DNA of 64,000 nt from Dehalococcoidia bacterium (lineage in GTDB: Bacteria > Chloroflexota > Dehalococcoidia > Bin125), in contig CAXXRD010000003.1 of the NCBI GenBank assembly GCA_963663895.2, positions 32,001 through 96,000 on the forward strand. The letters run 5' to 3'. The notes under the pieces were generated by a model, which saw only the letters and a program-made list of their open reading frames with translations, ran no database searches and had not been told where the DNA came from. Positions 41,533 through 50,577 of the stretch are shown here, in pieces. The first letter of the stretch is position 1, and each line of letters begins with the position of its first letter. The translations under genes were made by a program, and so were the position numbers.

Positions 41533-41704
41533 CTCCTCCTCTCTCAGTTCCCTTCTGAGCAACATCAGCAATGCGGCCAAGCGCCGGAGTAAACCCTCCG
41601 AAAGTGGGAGATCCGCACGGCCGCGAATCGCGTTTTAGTTTTAACGGCGCTTGCCCATAGGCGGGTGAAGCGCGGATGAGTCGGGTCGGCCTGAAACGGA
41701 GATC

Positions 41705-42829
41705 ATGCGCACTGTTCTGACGAGCACGGCCTCCGCACTAGCGGCAGCGATAGTGGCTGCCCTCATTGTGCTCGCGCTTGTCGGCAATGACAGTCCGGCA
41801 AGCGTAGATACGCCGCCGCTGGCGAGCGCGGCGACGCCCAGCGTAGATGGGCCAGGCGATCGATCCGGCGACATACCGTTGACGGTACCTTCGCAGGAGG
41901 ACGGCGCAGCGATCACGGCGGGACCAGCGGCGCAAGGGGCCGCCGTGATCGCCGGGGCGTTCGACCCGATCGCGATCTTCGAGGCGGTGGCGCCGGCCGT
42001 GGTCAGCGTTCTCGCCGACGGTGGGGCCGGGACGGGATTTTTCGTCAATGCGAGCGGCCACATCGTGACGAACTACCACGTCGTGCAAGGCGCTTCGGCC
42101 GTGAAGGTAGGGCTGAGCGACGGTGTCACCATGGATGGGACCGTGCTGGGGTTCGACAGTGCCAATGACCTCGCGGTCGTGCGGGTAGAGATCGAGGGGC
42201 GGGTGGTGATACCGGTACGGCTGGGAGATTCCGATGCGCTGATCGTCGGCGAACCTGTCGCGGCGATCGGGCATCCCTTTGGTCTGCAGCGCACCCTGAC
42301 CACGGGCATCATCTCGGCGACGAGTCGGACGCGGCCGCCCTTGTTGAGCGGTGGCCGCTTACAGCGAGGGTTAATCCAAACCGATGCGGCGTTGAACCCG
42401 GGGAATTCCGGCGGGCCGTTGATCAATGCCGCCGGAGAGATGATCGGTGTGAATGCGACCGCGGAGAGTCCCGTGCGCGGCTCCGTGGGGACGAACTTTG
42501 CCGTGCCGGTGAACCTGGTTACGCGCTTCCTGCCGCAGATGATCAGAGGTGAGGCGATTCAGCATCCCTGGATCGGGATCAGCGGCGGGGTCCCGGACGG
42601 AGGTTCCGGTCTGCCGATCAGTGCCGTGGTGAGCGGGAGTCCGGCCCAAGCTGCGGGGCTGATCGGGGGAGACCGGATCGTAGCGGTGGCCGATGAGCCC
42701 CTGAACGATTTCGATGAGTTGGCTGCGCTGATCGATGTGCGGGCGGTGGGTGAGACCCTGCCATTCCAAGTGCTGCGCGACGGAGCGACGCTGGAGGTGC
42801 CGATCACCTTGGCGCCATGGCCGGCATGA
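41705..42829 (+). CDS. HtrA/DegP-like serine protease with PDZ domain
   Basis: [28 protein letters not shown]; N-terminal anchor. Confidence 0.92.
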   Translation: MRTVLTSTASALAAAIVAALIVLALVGNDSPASVDTPPLASAATPSVDGPGDRSGDIPLTVPSQEDGAAITAGPAAQGAAVIAGAFDPIAIFEAVAPAVVSVLADGGAGTGFFVNASGHIVTNYHVVQGASAVKVGLSDGVTMDGTVLGFDSANDLAVVRVEIEGRVVIPVRLGDSDALIVGEPVAAIGHPFGLQRTLTTGIISATSRTRPPLLSGGRLQRGLIQTDAALNPGNSGGPLINAAGEMIGVNATAESPVRGSVGTNFAVPVNLVTRFLPQMIRGEAIQHPWIGISGGVPDGGSGLPISAVVSGSPAQAAGLIGGDRIVAVADEPLNDFDELAALIDVRAVGETLPFQVLRDGATLEVPITLAPWPA

Positions 42830-42984
42830 GGCCGGTCCGATGATGGCGTCACCCCGGCATAGCGCGCGGCACTCGTCTCCGACCACGCCAGCGCTCAGGT
42901 TCGTGCCGCGCAGGAGGCAACTACTGGTGGCGAGAACCGAGCGCTCGCGTTACGGACTCGGAGATCGCATCCCGCGCGTCCAGT

Positions 42985-43454
42985 GAGCGCGGTTTGATCC
43001 AGACCGACGCGGCTATCAACCCCGGCAACTCGGGTGGGCCGCTGATCAACGCGGCCGGTCAAGTGACCGGCGTGAATACCAGTGTGGAAAGCCCGATCAG
43101 GGCATCGGTGGGAGTGGGATTCGCGATCTCAGCGAGCGTGTTGCAGCGATCTCTCCCTCGGGTGATCGCCCGGGGAAATATCCAGCATCCCTGATCGGGA
43201 TCGTCGGGCAGGACGCGCCGAAGGGAGTGCTGCTGGACACCGTCATCGACGGAAGTCCGGCCAGCCAGGCAGGGCTGCGGACTGGAGACGTGATCCAGGC
43301 GATCGCGGGCGCGCCGATCGAGAGCTTTGCGCACCTCGCGCGGTTGGTGGACGGGCTTGAGGTCGGTGAGACGATCGCAGTGGATCTCCTGCGAGAGGGG
43401 GTCGCCGTCGAGCTAATGCTGACGCTGGGGGCATGGCCGGGACGGACTGGTTAG
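42985..43454 (+). pseudogene. Truncated, frameshifted HtrA paralog (C-terminal half)
   Basis: [16 protein letters not shown] without the His/Asp half; CAT CCC TG-ATC GGG ATC versus intact CAT CCC TGG ATC GGG ATC (1-nt deletion near 43193); PDZ continues in another frame. Confidence 0.8.
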
Positions 43455-43474
43455 CAACCGCTTGGTCGGGTCTG

Positions 43475-44554
43475 CTACCCGGCCTCGGGCGAGGGCGTTG
43501 CGTGCAAGGGGTAGCGCTCTTCCACGAAAAAATCCCAAACCATCGTGGAGATGTTCTTCGTAAGCCGCCAGGCTGTCAGTTGGTCGAGGTTGCGCTGCAT
43601 GAACACCCCGATCGCGTAGGCATAGGTCGATTCGTCCCGGTCGAACTGGACGATGGCGGTGTCGTTGACGGCGTCGGCATTGAGCCAGTAGGTATCGGCG
43701 TCACTGGGAATGATCCAGCCGATCTTGCGCGCGATGCGGGCTTGAGGAGGGAGGCCGCCGGCGAGGCCGAAATCGCTAAGGGCAGAGTTCAGCCGCTCAA
43801 GAAAAGCGCGCGAAGCCTCACGGTTAAGTGCGGTGCCATGCCAGAGAACCGCGAGCGTATTGACGGAGTCAAGGGCGGTCGTGAGGTTGCTGTTGGCAAC
43901 GTAACCCTGTGCTTGCTGTGTTACATAACCAGGATGATGCGTGAGGACGCTGTAGTGGGCGCCGAATCGCCGCATCTCTTCGTTGATCGCCTCAAAGCCG
44001 ACCATCTGCGCGAGGGTCGCCGCTGCGGCGTTCGACTGGTTAACGAATACCTCGAAAAGCAGATCGTCGACGGTTTCGAACGGGAGGAGTCCGTCTTGTA
44101 CAGAGCGCCAAGCGCTGAGGCCGATGTAGACCTTGATCACGCTGCCGGCGACGTGCAGGGCTTGGCCATTGATGTGGAACCGCTCGCCGGTTTGTAGATC
44201 GACCACGGCCACGGCAACCTCGCCGAGGTGGCCGTTGATGACCGGAAGGAGCTCTCCGCGAAGGGCATCGAAAGAGCGGGCTTGATCCCGCTGATAGTGC
44301 ATCTGCACCTGCAGGAGCGTATTGGGACGAACAGCGTGATCGAAGGAGGTGGCGCTGCTGGAAGAGGGCTTGCTCGCGGAGACCGTCGGCGCTTGGGCGA
44401 GTTCATGCGTGGCAAGAGCGGCCGCGAGAGTGACGGCGGCGAGGATAACGGCGTGGGAGATCACGGGAGCCCGCAGCATGAAGGCGAGAAGCGGGAGAAG
44501 CTGAGGCGCGCGGAACGCTGCGTCTTGGGAGCTGCGGCGACGAATCAATCCCAT
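43475..44554 (-). CDS. Serine hydrolase, class A beta-lactamase-like fold
   Basis: GSVIK (SxxK), QSNAA, RKIGW, VNDTAIV; start uncertain. Confidence 0.8.
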   Translation of the reverse strand: MGLIRRRSSQDAAFRAPQLLPLLAFMLRAPVISHAVILAAVTLAAALATHELAQAPTVSASKPSSSSATSFDHAVRPNTLLQVQMHYQRDQARSFDALRGELLPVINGHLGEVAVAVVDLQTGERFHINGQALHVAGSVIKVYIGLSAWRSVQDGLLPFETVDDLLFEVFVNQSNAAAATLAQMVGFEAINEEMRRFGAHYSVLTHHPGYVTQQAQGYVANSNLTTALDSVNTLAVLWHGTALNREASRAFLERLNSALSDFGLAGGLPPQARIARKIGWIIPSDADTYWLNADAVNDTAIVQFDRDESTYAYAIGVFMQRNLDQLTAWRLTKNISTMVWDFFVEERYPLHATPSPEAG

Positions 44555-44719
44555 AACTTCGTGAAGATGCCGGTGGAGCTACCTGGTGCTACTGGCGATC
44601 GAGGCGACATGGTTACGGTTCACTGCAGTGCCGTTCAATGGAGCCTCGAAAGTGGGCCTGCTTTCCCAATGCTCTCTGTGGCCGCTTCGCCGGCGCCGAG
44701 CCCGCCGGATGGGGGTCTT

Positions 44720-45421
44720 TTATTCGGCGACGGTGAAAGCCTTCTCGAGTGCGATGGGGTCGAGGATGGTGACGCGCTGGCGCCGAACCTCAACGATGCC
44801 TTGCTGACGCCAGGCCTGGAGCTGCTTATTCACGGCCACGCGGCTGGCGCCAATCATGCTGGCGAGGTCCTGCTGACTGACGCGCAGGTCGATCTCAATG
44901 CCGGCATCTGCGGGGATGCCGTGCTCGTCGGCGAGGACGAGGAGCCGGCGAGCAAGGCGGCCGGGCACGTCTAGGATGTAGGCGTCCTGGATGGATTGGT
45001 TCGTCTGACGCAGGCGGCGGACGAGGACGCTGACGATGGCACGGCATGCATCCGGATAGCGATTGAGAACTTCCTGGAAGTCGTTGCGCCGCAAGCTGAC
45101 CATCTCCGTATCGTCCAGCGTGGTGGCGGACGCAGAGCGGGGCTCGTCGTCCAAGAGCGACATCTCGCCGAAGACGTCGCCGGTGCGGAGAATGGCGAGG
45201 AGGACCTCACGCCCATCGGTAGAGGGGATGAAGATCTTCACCGCCCCTTCGATGACGATGTACAGCATGGAGCCTTCGTCGCCGGCGTGAAAGATGGCAT
45301 GGCCGGCCCGGAAGCGGACGGGCCGCAGGCGCCGGGCGAGTTCGCCTAGGAGAGCGGGCGTCATCTCTTGGAAGAGAGGGACGCGTCTGAGAAGGTCGGA
45401 AGAGCCGGCGTCGCGAGTCAT
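44720..45421 (-). CDS. Crp/Fnr family transcriptional regulator
   Basis: FGEMSLLDDEPRSASA cNMP pocket; SQQDLASMIGASRVAVNK HTH. Confidence 0.92.
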   Translation of the reverse strand: MTRDAGSSDLLRRVPLFQEMTPALLGELARRLRPVRFRAGHAIFHAGDEGSMLYIVIEGAVKIFIPSTDGREVLLAILRTGDVFGEMSLLDDEPRSASATTLDDTEMVSLRRNDFQEVLNRYPDACRAIVSVLVRRLRQTNQSIQDAYILDVPGRLARRLLVLADEHGIPADAGIEIDLRVSQQDLASMIGASRVAVNKQLQAWRQQGIVEVRRQRVTILDPIALEKAFTVAE

Positions 45422-45528
45422 CTGCAGTCAGCCAGTCATGGTGCAGGCCGCGCGAAGCGATCGACCGCGGGAGCAACTTACGGTTGATGCTAGCCGTCGG
45501 ATCGGAGTGACGCCAACACCTTGTGTCG

Positions 45529-45750
45529 TTACGCGGCCTGAAAGGGAAAGCGGTAGCGTGAAGGAGCGCGAGTCCGGTGCGCAGCGGGAAGGGTCGCGAC
45601 TGGATTGGCGATAGCGCGGGTCGTGGGGGCCGACCGGGAGACAGGGCGGCCCTCCTCGACCGGTCCCGCCAACGCCCCCCCCCACCATTGCCAGAGAAGC
45701 CAGGAGCCGATTGCGGCAGTGAGGAGGAGAATGACGACGGTAAGTGCCAT
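45529..45750 (-). CDS. Small protein with N-terminal TM helix
   Basis: SD AGAGG; MALTVVILLLTAAIGSWLLWQWW. Confidence 0.55.
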   Translation of the reverse strand: MALTVVILLLTAAIGSWLLWQWWGGALAGPVEEGRPVSRSAPTTRAIANPVATLPAAHRTRAPSRYRFPFQAA

Positions 45751-45802
45751 AGCGTCCTCTTTCGATTTCCGCCGACTCGGAATCGATCCGAACCGGTGTG
45801 CG

Positions 45803-45845
45803 GAACATCCGTTCGTAATCTATGCAGACTTTAGAACACGTGTTC
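45803..45845. promoter_or_regulatory. Two LexA (SOS) boxes, GAAC-N4-GTTC
   Basis: GAACATCCGTTC at 45803-45814 and palindromic GAACACGTGTTC at 45834-45845 in a divergent intergenic gap. Confidence 0.75.
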
Positions 45846-45873
45846 CTCCCTGTCAACGTAAGAGTGATCGCCG

Positions 45874-46323
45874 GTGACGATTGCTGATCTCGAAGCGGTC
45901 AATCTGGATCCGGATCACCTGGCGGATTTGGTGGTGCTGGCGGAGGCGCTGACTCGGATCGGGATGCTGCGCACAAGGGAGCGGTCCGGCCAGTTTTCCA
46001 TTCACAATTTCCGGCTGCGGGCGGCGTACGACGCAAGCGAGACCTTGGTGGTGCTGATGCGGGCGGGGATCTGGCGCCGGCATACGTGGTTCTGCGCGGT
46101 TCGGAACCGCCAGGCACAGATGGAGTTGGCGGTGCCGCGTCCCATGGAGCGCGACTGGGAATGGTGGAGGGGAGTAGAGGAGATTCGAGACCGCCTCATC
46201 GCGAGCGAAGTCTGGCAAGAGGCCGTGGGTGATTCCTTCGATGTCCTGCAGAGCAGCCATGCCCAGCGACTTCGTGAGGCGCGGCTGCTCGTAGGTAAAG
46301 GGAGACTCCCAGAGGGCTTCTGA
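45874..46323 (+). CDS. Hypothetical protein, probably SOS-regulated
   Basis: 149-aa ORF starting 28 nt after the second LexA box. Confidence 0.6.
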   Translation: MTIADLEAVNLDPDHLADLVVLAEALTRIGMLRTRERSGQFSIHNFRLRAAYDASETLVVLMRAGIWRRHTWFCAVRNRQAQMELAVPRPMERDWEWWRGVEEIRDRLIASEVWQEAVGDSFDVLQSSHAQRLREARLLVGKGRLPEGF

Positions 46324-46368
46324 GCCTGCTCGAAGCGGGAAAGATCGTGCCGGAGCGCTCTATGAGGG

Positions 46369-47154
46369 TTAGTCCACCGAGCTGAGGAAATCCTTGAGTA
46401 GTGCGATTAACGTGGGGAACTGCTCCATGGTCATCGTGTGGCCGCAGTTCTCGATGATCTCGAGCCGGGCGCCGGGGATCTGACGGCTCATGATCACGCT
46501 GCCGCCGGGCGGCGCCACTTTGTCGTCGGCTCCGGCGATGATCAGAGTGGGGCAGGCGATACGCGCGAGCTCGGCGGTGTAGTTGTAGCTGCTGACGGCG
46601 CGGCCGGCGGCGGCGTAGGCGGGGCCGTCATTGCGGAGACGCTGCGACGTGTACTCGGCAACCTCGGCTGGATGCGCGCGGGTGTAGGCGTCCGAGAAGG
46701 CCAGGGACCCGCGGTCGCCGATCACGGCCTGCAGCCCCTCCTTCTCGATCTTGTCCGCCATGCGCGCCCATCGCTCGCGGGCTTTCTCGTTCACCTCGCT
46801 CGACGTGCCCATCGGGATCAGCGCTCGCGTCCGAGCCGGGTAGTCCAGCGCAAAGCGCTGAACGATGACCCCGCCCATTGAGTGGCCGATCTGGGCGGCC
46901 TTGTCGATGCCGATCTGGTCCATCAGCCCGCACAGGTCCGCGGCCCAGATCTCTGGGGTCACCGGGCCGGGCGGTTTGGAGGACTCGCCAAAGCCGCGGA
47001 CGTCCCAGGTCGTGACGCGATAGCGCTTGGCGAGCTCCCGGGCAGTGCCGTCCCACACCTCAAGGCGGCCGCCCATCCCATGCGTGAGGACGACGTCGGG
47101 CCCGTCGCCCTGCATCTCGTAGCGCAGCTCGATTCCGTTGACTTGGGCACGCAT
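46369..47154 (-). CDS. Alpha/beta hydrolase (enol-lactonase-like)
   Basis: THG, DVRGFGES, GHSMGG, GADD, CGH. Confidence 0.9.
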   Translation of the reverse strand: MRAQVNGIELRYEMQGDGPDVVLTHGMGGRLEVWDGTARELAKRYRVTTWDVRGFGESSKPPGPVTPEIWAADLCGLMDQIGIDKAAQIGHSMGGVIVQRFALDYPARTRALIPMGTSSEVNEKARERWARMADKIEKEGLQAVIGDRGSLAFSDAYTRAHPAEVAEYTSQRLRNDGPAYAAAGRAVSSYNYTAELARIACPTLIIAGADDKVAPPGGSVIMSRQIPGARLEIIENCGHTMTMEQFPTLIALLKDFLSSVD

Positions 47155-47525
47155 CGTTGGCTGCTCCTCACCAGGCATCCTGATAGTTAATGATACTCCG
47201 CCACACGGCCCGAAGCATCACTTGCACAGTGCAGGGTCCGAGATGGGAGAAGGTAGGCCTCATCTGAAAGAGAAGCAAAGGGATCATAGATAGCGTTCAG
47301 AGGCAAGACGATGATCATCGGTCAGATCGGGATCAGGCTGATAAAGGGCTGCCGACCGATTGCGACTGAGTGGGGTCTTCTTGGTAGAAGGGTCTGAGAT
47401 AGCCGGATCAGGCGGACAGGAAGCGGAAATCTCACAAGCCGAGTTGTCCCCATCACTGCTTTCGTTATGAGATATACACTTCTGCGCGGGAGACAATCGC
47501 TTCTGGATGGTCAGTCGATTACGGA

Positions 47526-48803
47526 TTGATCTATCTTGTCGACATGCCGATCCACGACGACGGTGATACGATCAAAATAGCAGGTGCGGTCAATCGCAGC
47601 GCGCAAGTGAATTATTTTGCCATGTCCTGTGATCGAGTGATAAATAAACGTGGCTTTGAAGAAGTTAGGGTTATACTAAGAAATATGGGGAGTAGCTTTC
47701 CGAATACAGAAGTGCCGATCGCTGCAATCGTTAATTACTACGAAAAGCAAGGCGTTAACTTCCACTTGGACATTGACTCGACTGGAGAATTTTTCGCACG
47801 AGTGTTTAATCCCCACACCGGCGATCGCATTAATGAGGCTAATGCGTTGACGACAGTCTGGGCCTTCGATAGCGAAACCGTCCATCCCGTAGCCACCAAG
47901 ATATCTGAAGCTGTGATCGAACAGGTCGAATTTGGCAACGGCGCGCACACTGCGTTCGACTGGTGCTTGTTCGAAGTCATGGATAACGTGCTTAATCATT
48001 CTGAGGCAGCCAACGGATACGTTGAAGTGCAACTTCATCCCAATAGCGGGCGGATGGCAGTATGCGTTGCGGATCAAGGGATTGGGATCTACAGTTCACT
48101 GCGCCATTCCCGGCATGCCCCGCGTTCAGAGCTGGACGCAATAACGCGCGCGCTGAAAGAGAATGTGACGAGGGATGAGGAAGTTGGTCAAGGAAACGGC
48201 CTCTGGGGCCTAGAGCGGATTGTCGAGACGAATCAGGGCAAGCTCGCCATTCGATCTGGCAGATCCTTACTATCTTTGGATAGATCTATACGTACTCCAG
48301 GATCGGTATCGACATCCGAGAATGAATTTAGTGTCGATCAATACCAACGTGGAACTTGCGTTGACTTCCAATTGGATATCAGCCGGGCTATCAACCTTGA
48401 GAATGCTATCGGGCATACACCTGTGAATCTGGTTCTCGAAAAATTTTTCATTGAAGCAACGGGAGACAGTGTGGTGCGGATTGCCGATTCTGCGCACGGA
48501 ACAGGGACACGCGGCGCTGGACGTGAGTTGCGTACACTGGTCTGGAACATCCTGATTGAATCTCCACAACGAGCAATCTTGGATTTCGAAGGCGTTCCGG
48601 TCGTATCATCTAGCTTCGCTGACGAATTCCTGGGGAAGCTCGCTGCAGAAATGGGATTCACTGCCTTCAATCAGAGAGTTCAATTGAAGGCTGTGAGCCA
48701 AACCGTGAAGGGCATCGTGGACCAGGCGGTTCTCAAGCGAATCATCTTTTCTAACTCGACAGAACAAGTTCGGCACCCTTCGGATGAAGATTTAGATAAT
48801 TAG
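47526..48803 (+). CDS. GHKL/HATPase domain plus C-terminal STAS-like (DUF4325-type) protein
   Basis: EVMDNVLNHS, DQGIGI, GQGNGL, GTCV; LDFEGVPVVSSSFADEFLGKL; lower GC than flanks; start uncertain. Confidence 0.8.
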   Translation: MIYLVDMPIHDDGDTIKIAGAVNRSAQVNYFAMSCDRVINKRGFEEVRVILRNMGSSFPNTEVPIAAIVNYYEKQGVNFHLDIDSTGEFFARVFNPHTGDRINEANALTTVWAFDSETVHPVATKISEAVIEQVEFGNGAHTAFDWCLFEVMDNVLNHSEAANGYVEVQLHPNSGRMAVCVADQGIGIYSSLRHSRHAPRSELDAITRALKENVTRDEEVGQGNGLWGLERIVETNQGKLAIRSGRSLLSLDRSIRTPGSVSTSENEFSVDQYQRGTCVDFQLDISRAINLENAIGHTPVNLVLEKFFIEATGDSVVRIADSAHGTGTRGAGRELRTLVWNILIESPQRAILDFEGVPVVSSSFADEFLGKLAAEMGFTAFNQRVQLKAVSQTVKGIVDQAVLKRIIFSNSTEQVRHPSDEDLDN

Positions 48804-48959
48804 CTAAGCGAGCCTCCTTCGCTGTTTCGGCTAAAACAACACGACGACTCTGCGAAAGGCCTAGAAGAGAAACTGAACGGAAAGCTTCCTGAGTGAGAAT
48901 TACATACTTAGGTTGACGAGCCCGTCAATGGTTGGGCGCACGGGAGAAAGAAGGAAACA

Positions 48960-49763
48960 GTGAAGAATCTCATCATCGCCGCCTGCGTGGCGGTCATCGC
49001 CATCGGCGGCTCGGTCAGCGTGTTCGCCGTTTCTGATCCCGTCGTAGACGTTCGTGTCTGGCAATCTGTCACGGATGAAAGTCTTCTCTATGTCAGCACG
49101 AAGCCCGCCGGGGGGTCTTGGACTACACACAACACCGCGCTCGATATGAGCGAGATCAGCGCGTCCGGCCGCTTCCGCCAAAGCAACTTTATTACTGTAG
49201 ATGCGGACGGCAGCGTGACGGTTGCAGGATCAACGCCCTCGGCAGACACCAATTCGTCAGATGCATCGTCAACCACGACCACGCACCCGACGTTGGGAAC
49301 CCAAACGAGTGCTGGCTATTGGACGATTGATGAGGAAACAGATCCGATTACCGACGCGCGCATCGTGTGGGCGACGACTATCGCCAGCGCCGTGGTCACA
49401 AAGGATTGGGGATATTCCACCTACGACAACCCGTATATTGGTATTCGCTGCACAGGATCCACGCTTGAGGCCTTCGTTCGTTTCGATACCTTCATTGCCG
49501 GACAGATTGGGAACGATCGCGTGCCTGTGCTCTATCGAGTCGATAGCCAAGCCTCAGTTCGTGAGCAATGGAGTGAATCCACAAACAGTGTTGCAATCTT
49601 TGCCCCCCAACCTGCGACATTCGTCCGTGCGCTTCTCACCGGGTCGCAGCTCGTGGTTCGGGCAACGAGCTTCGATAGTGAGGTTCTAACCTTGACCGTG
49701 CGCGTTACGGGTCTCGCCGACGTACTTGGCAACCTCCCGTGCTATCGACCTTCAAGCGGATAG
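48960..49763 (+). CDS. Secreted two-domain hypothetical protein
   Basis: Signal peptide, Ser/Thr linker, C-terminal W…DPITD…IRC…YRVD…W domain; SD AAGGA. Confidence 0.75.
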   Translation: MKNLIIAACVAVIAIGGSVSVFAVSDPVVDVRVWQSVTDESLLYVSTKPAGGSWTTHNTALDMSEISASGRFRQSNFITVDADGSVTVAGSTPSADTNSSDASSTTTTHPTLGTQTSAGYWTIDEETDPITDARIVWATTIASAVVTKDWGYSTYDNPYIGIRCTGSTLEAFVRFDTFIAGQIGNDRVPVLYRVDSQASVREQWSESTNSVAIFAPQPATFVRALLTGSQLVVRATSFDSEVLTLTVRVTGLADVLGNLPCYRPSSG

Positions 49764-49859
49764 CGTGTGTGGGCTGCCACGACTGCCGAAGGCGGCGGTG
49801 ACGGCCCGTCCGTCAACTTAAGGATGTAATCCCCTCCTGGGTGGTCGTCGCTAACAGGG

Positions 49860-50453
49860 TTAATCACCCGAGGTTGGTGCGAGTTCTTGGTCTTTCATCT
49901 CCTCGGGCGGGTGGTAGTAGCAGTAGGGCTCCTTCTCCGCCCAGTCGAGCGTGAAGAGCATCTTGGCCCAGCCGACGTCGACGCAGAGAACCACGGCGAG
50001 CTCCGCGATCTGCGCGTCGCTGTAATGCTCCTGCATCTGCGCCCATAGGTCCTCATCGACCTCGCCGTAAGGATCCGTAAGGGCCATCTTGCTGGCAAAG
50101 CGCAGGGCCGCCTTCTCGGCCTCGTCGAAGGGACCGTTCTCGAAGTCGTCGAGGGCGTCGATCTGCTCTTGGGTCACGCCGTTCCGCTTCGCCGAAGCGG
50201 AGTTGATCGTGTTTCAGAAATGGCAGCCGTGCAGCTTCGAGAGCCGAAGCTGCGTCATCTCCTTGATCTTGATGGGGACGACGCCGCCGTAGAAGAGCTT
50301 GGCGTAGAAATCCTCCCACAGGAACTTGCTGACGTGCGGCGCGTTGGCGATGAACTCGATCCAACGAGTATCGAGGCCGACGGCGCGGCAATCGTCGAGC
50401 CACTGCTGTTCGTGCTCTTGCATCTCCTCGCGGGGTACGCGCCGCAGGGCCAT
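49860..50453 (-). CDS. AhpD/carboxymuconolactone decarboxylase-family selenoprotein (CxxU, Sec at codon 80)
   Basis: ORFs 50214-50453 and 49860-50177 are in frame across one TGA: KEMTQLRLSKLHGCHF-U-NTINSASAKRNGVTQEQIDAL…EKAALRFA. Confidence 0.85.
50183..50201 (-). promoter_or_regulatory. Bacterial SECIS-like hairpin
   Basis: TCCGCTTC-GGC-GAAGCGGA perfect 8-bp stem starting after a 12-nt spacer 3' of the UGA. Confidence 0.65.
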
Positions 50454-50577
50454 GGCTTCCTCCTCTTCCCTTGCTCAAGCAGGGCGGATGACTGGTAGTC
50501 ATGCTGATCGTGGCGCGTTAGCGTGGCATGTCAAGGTCGTGACGCGGGTCACAGACGCTCTTTGGAGATGGATGGGG

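Noticed and set aside
43192-43194. TGA in the HtrA copy as selenocysteine or read-through
   Set aside because: It aligns to Trp (TGG) of the intact paralog and downstream homology is in another frame, so it is a frameshift.
43475-44554. True antibiotic-resistance beta-lactamase
   Set aside because: The SDN and KTG motifs are diverged and no clear omega-loop ExxLN is seen; only the fold is supported.
47284-47496. 70-aa minus ORF in the low-GC insert
   Set aside because: No SD, no motifs and atypical composition.
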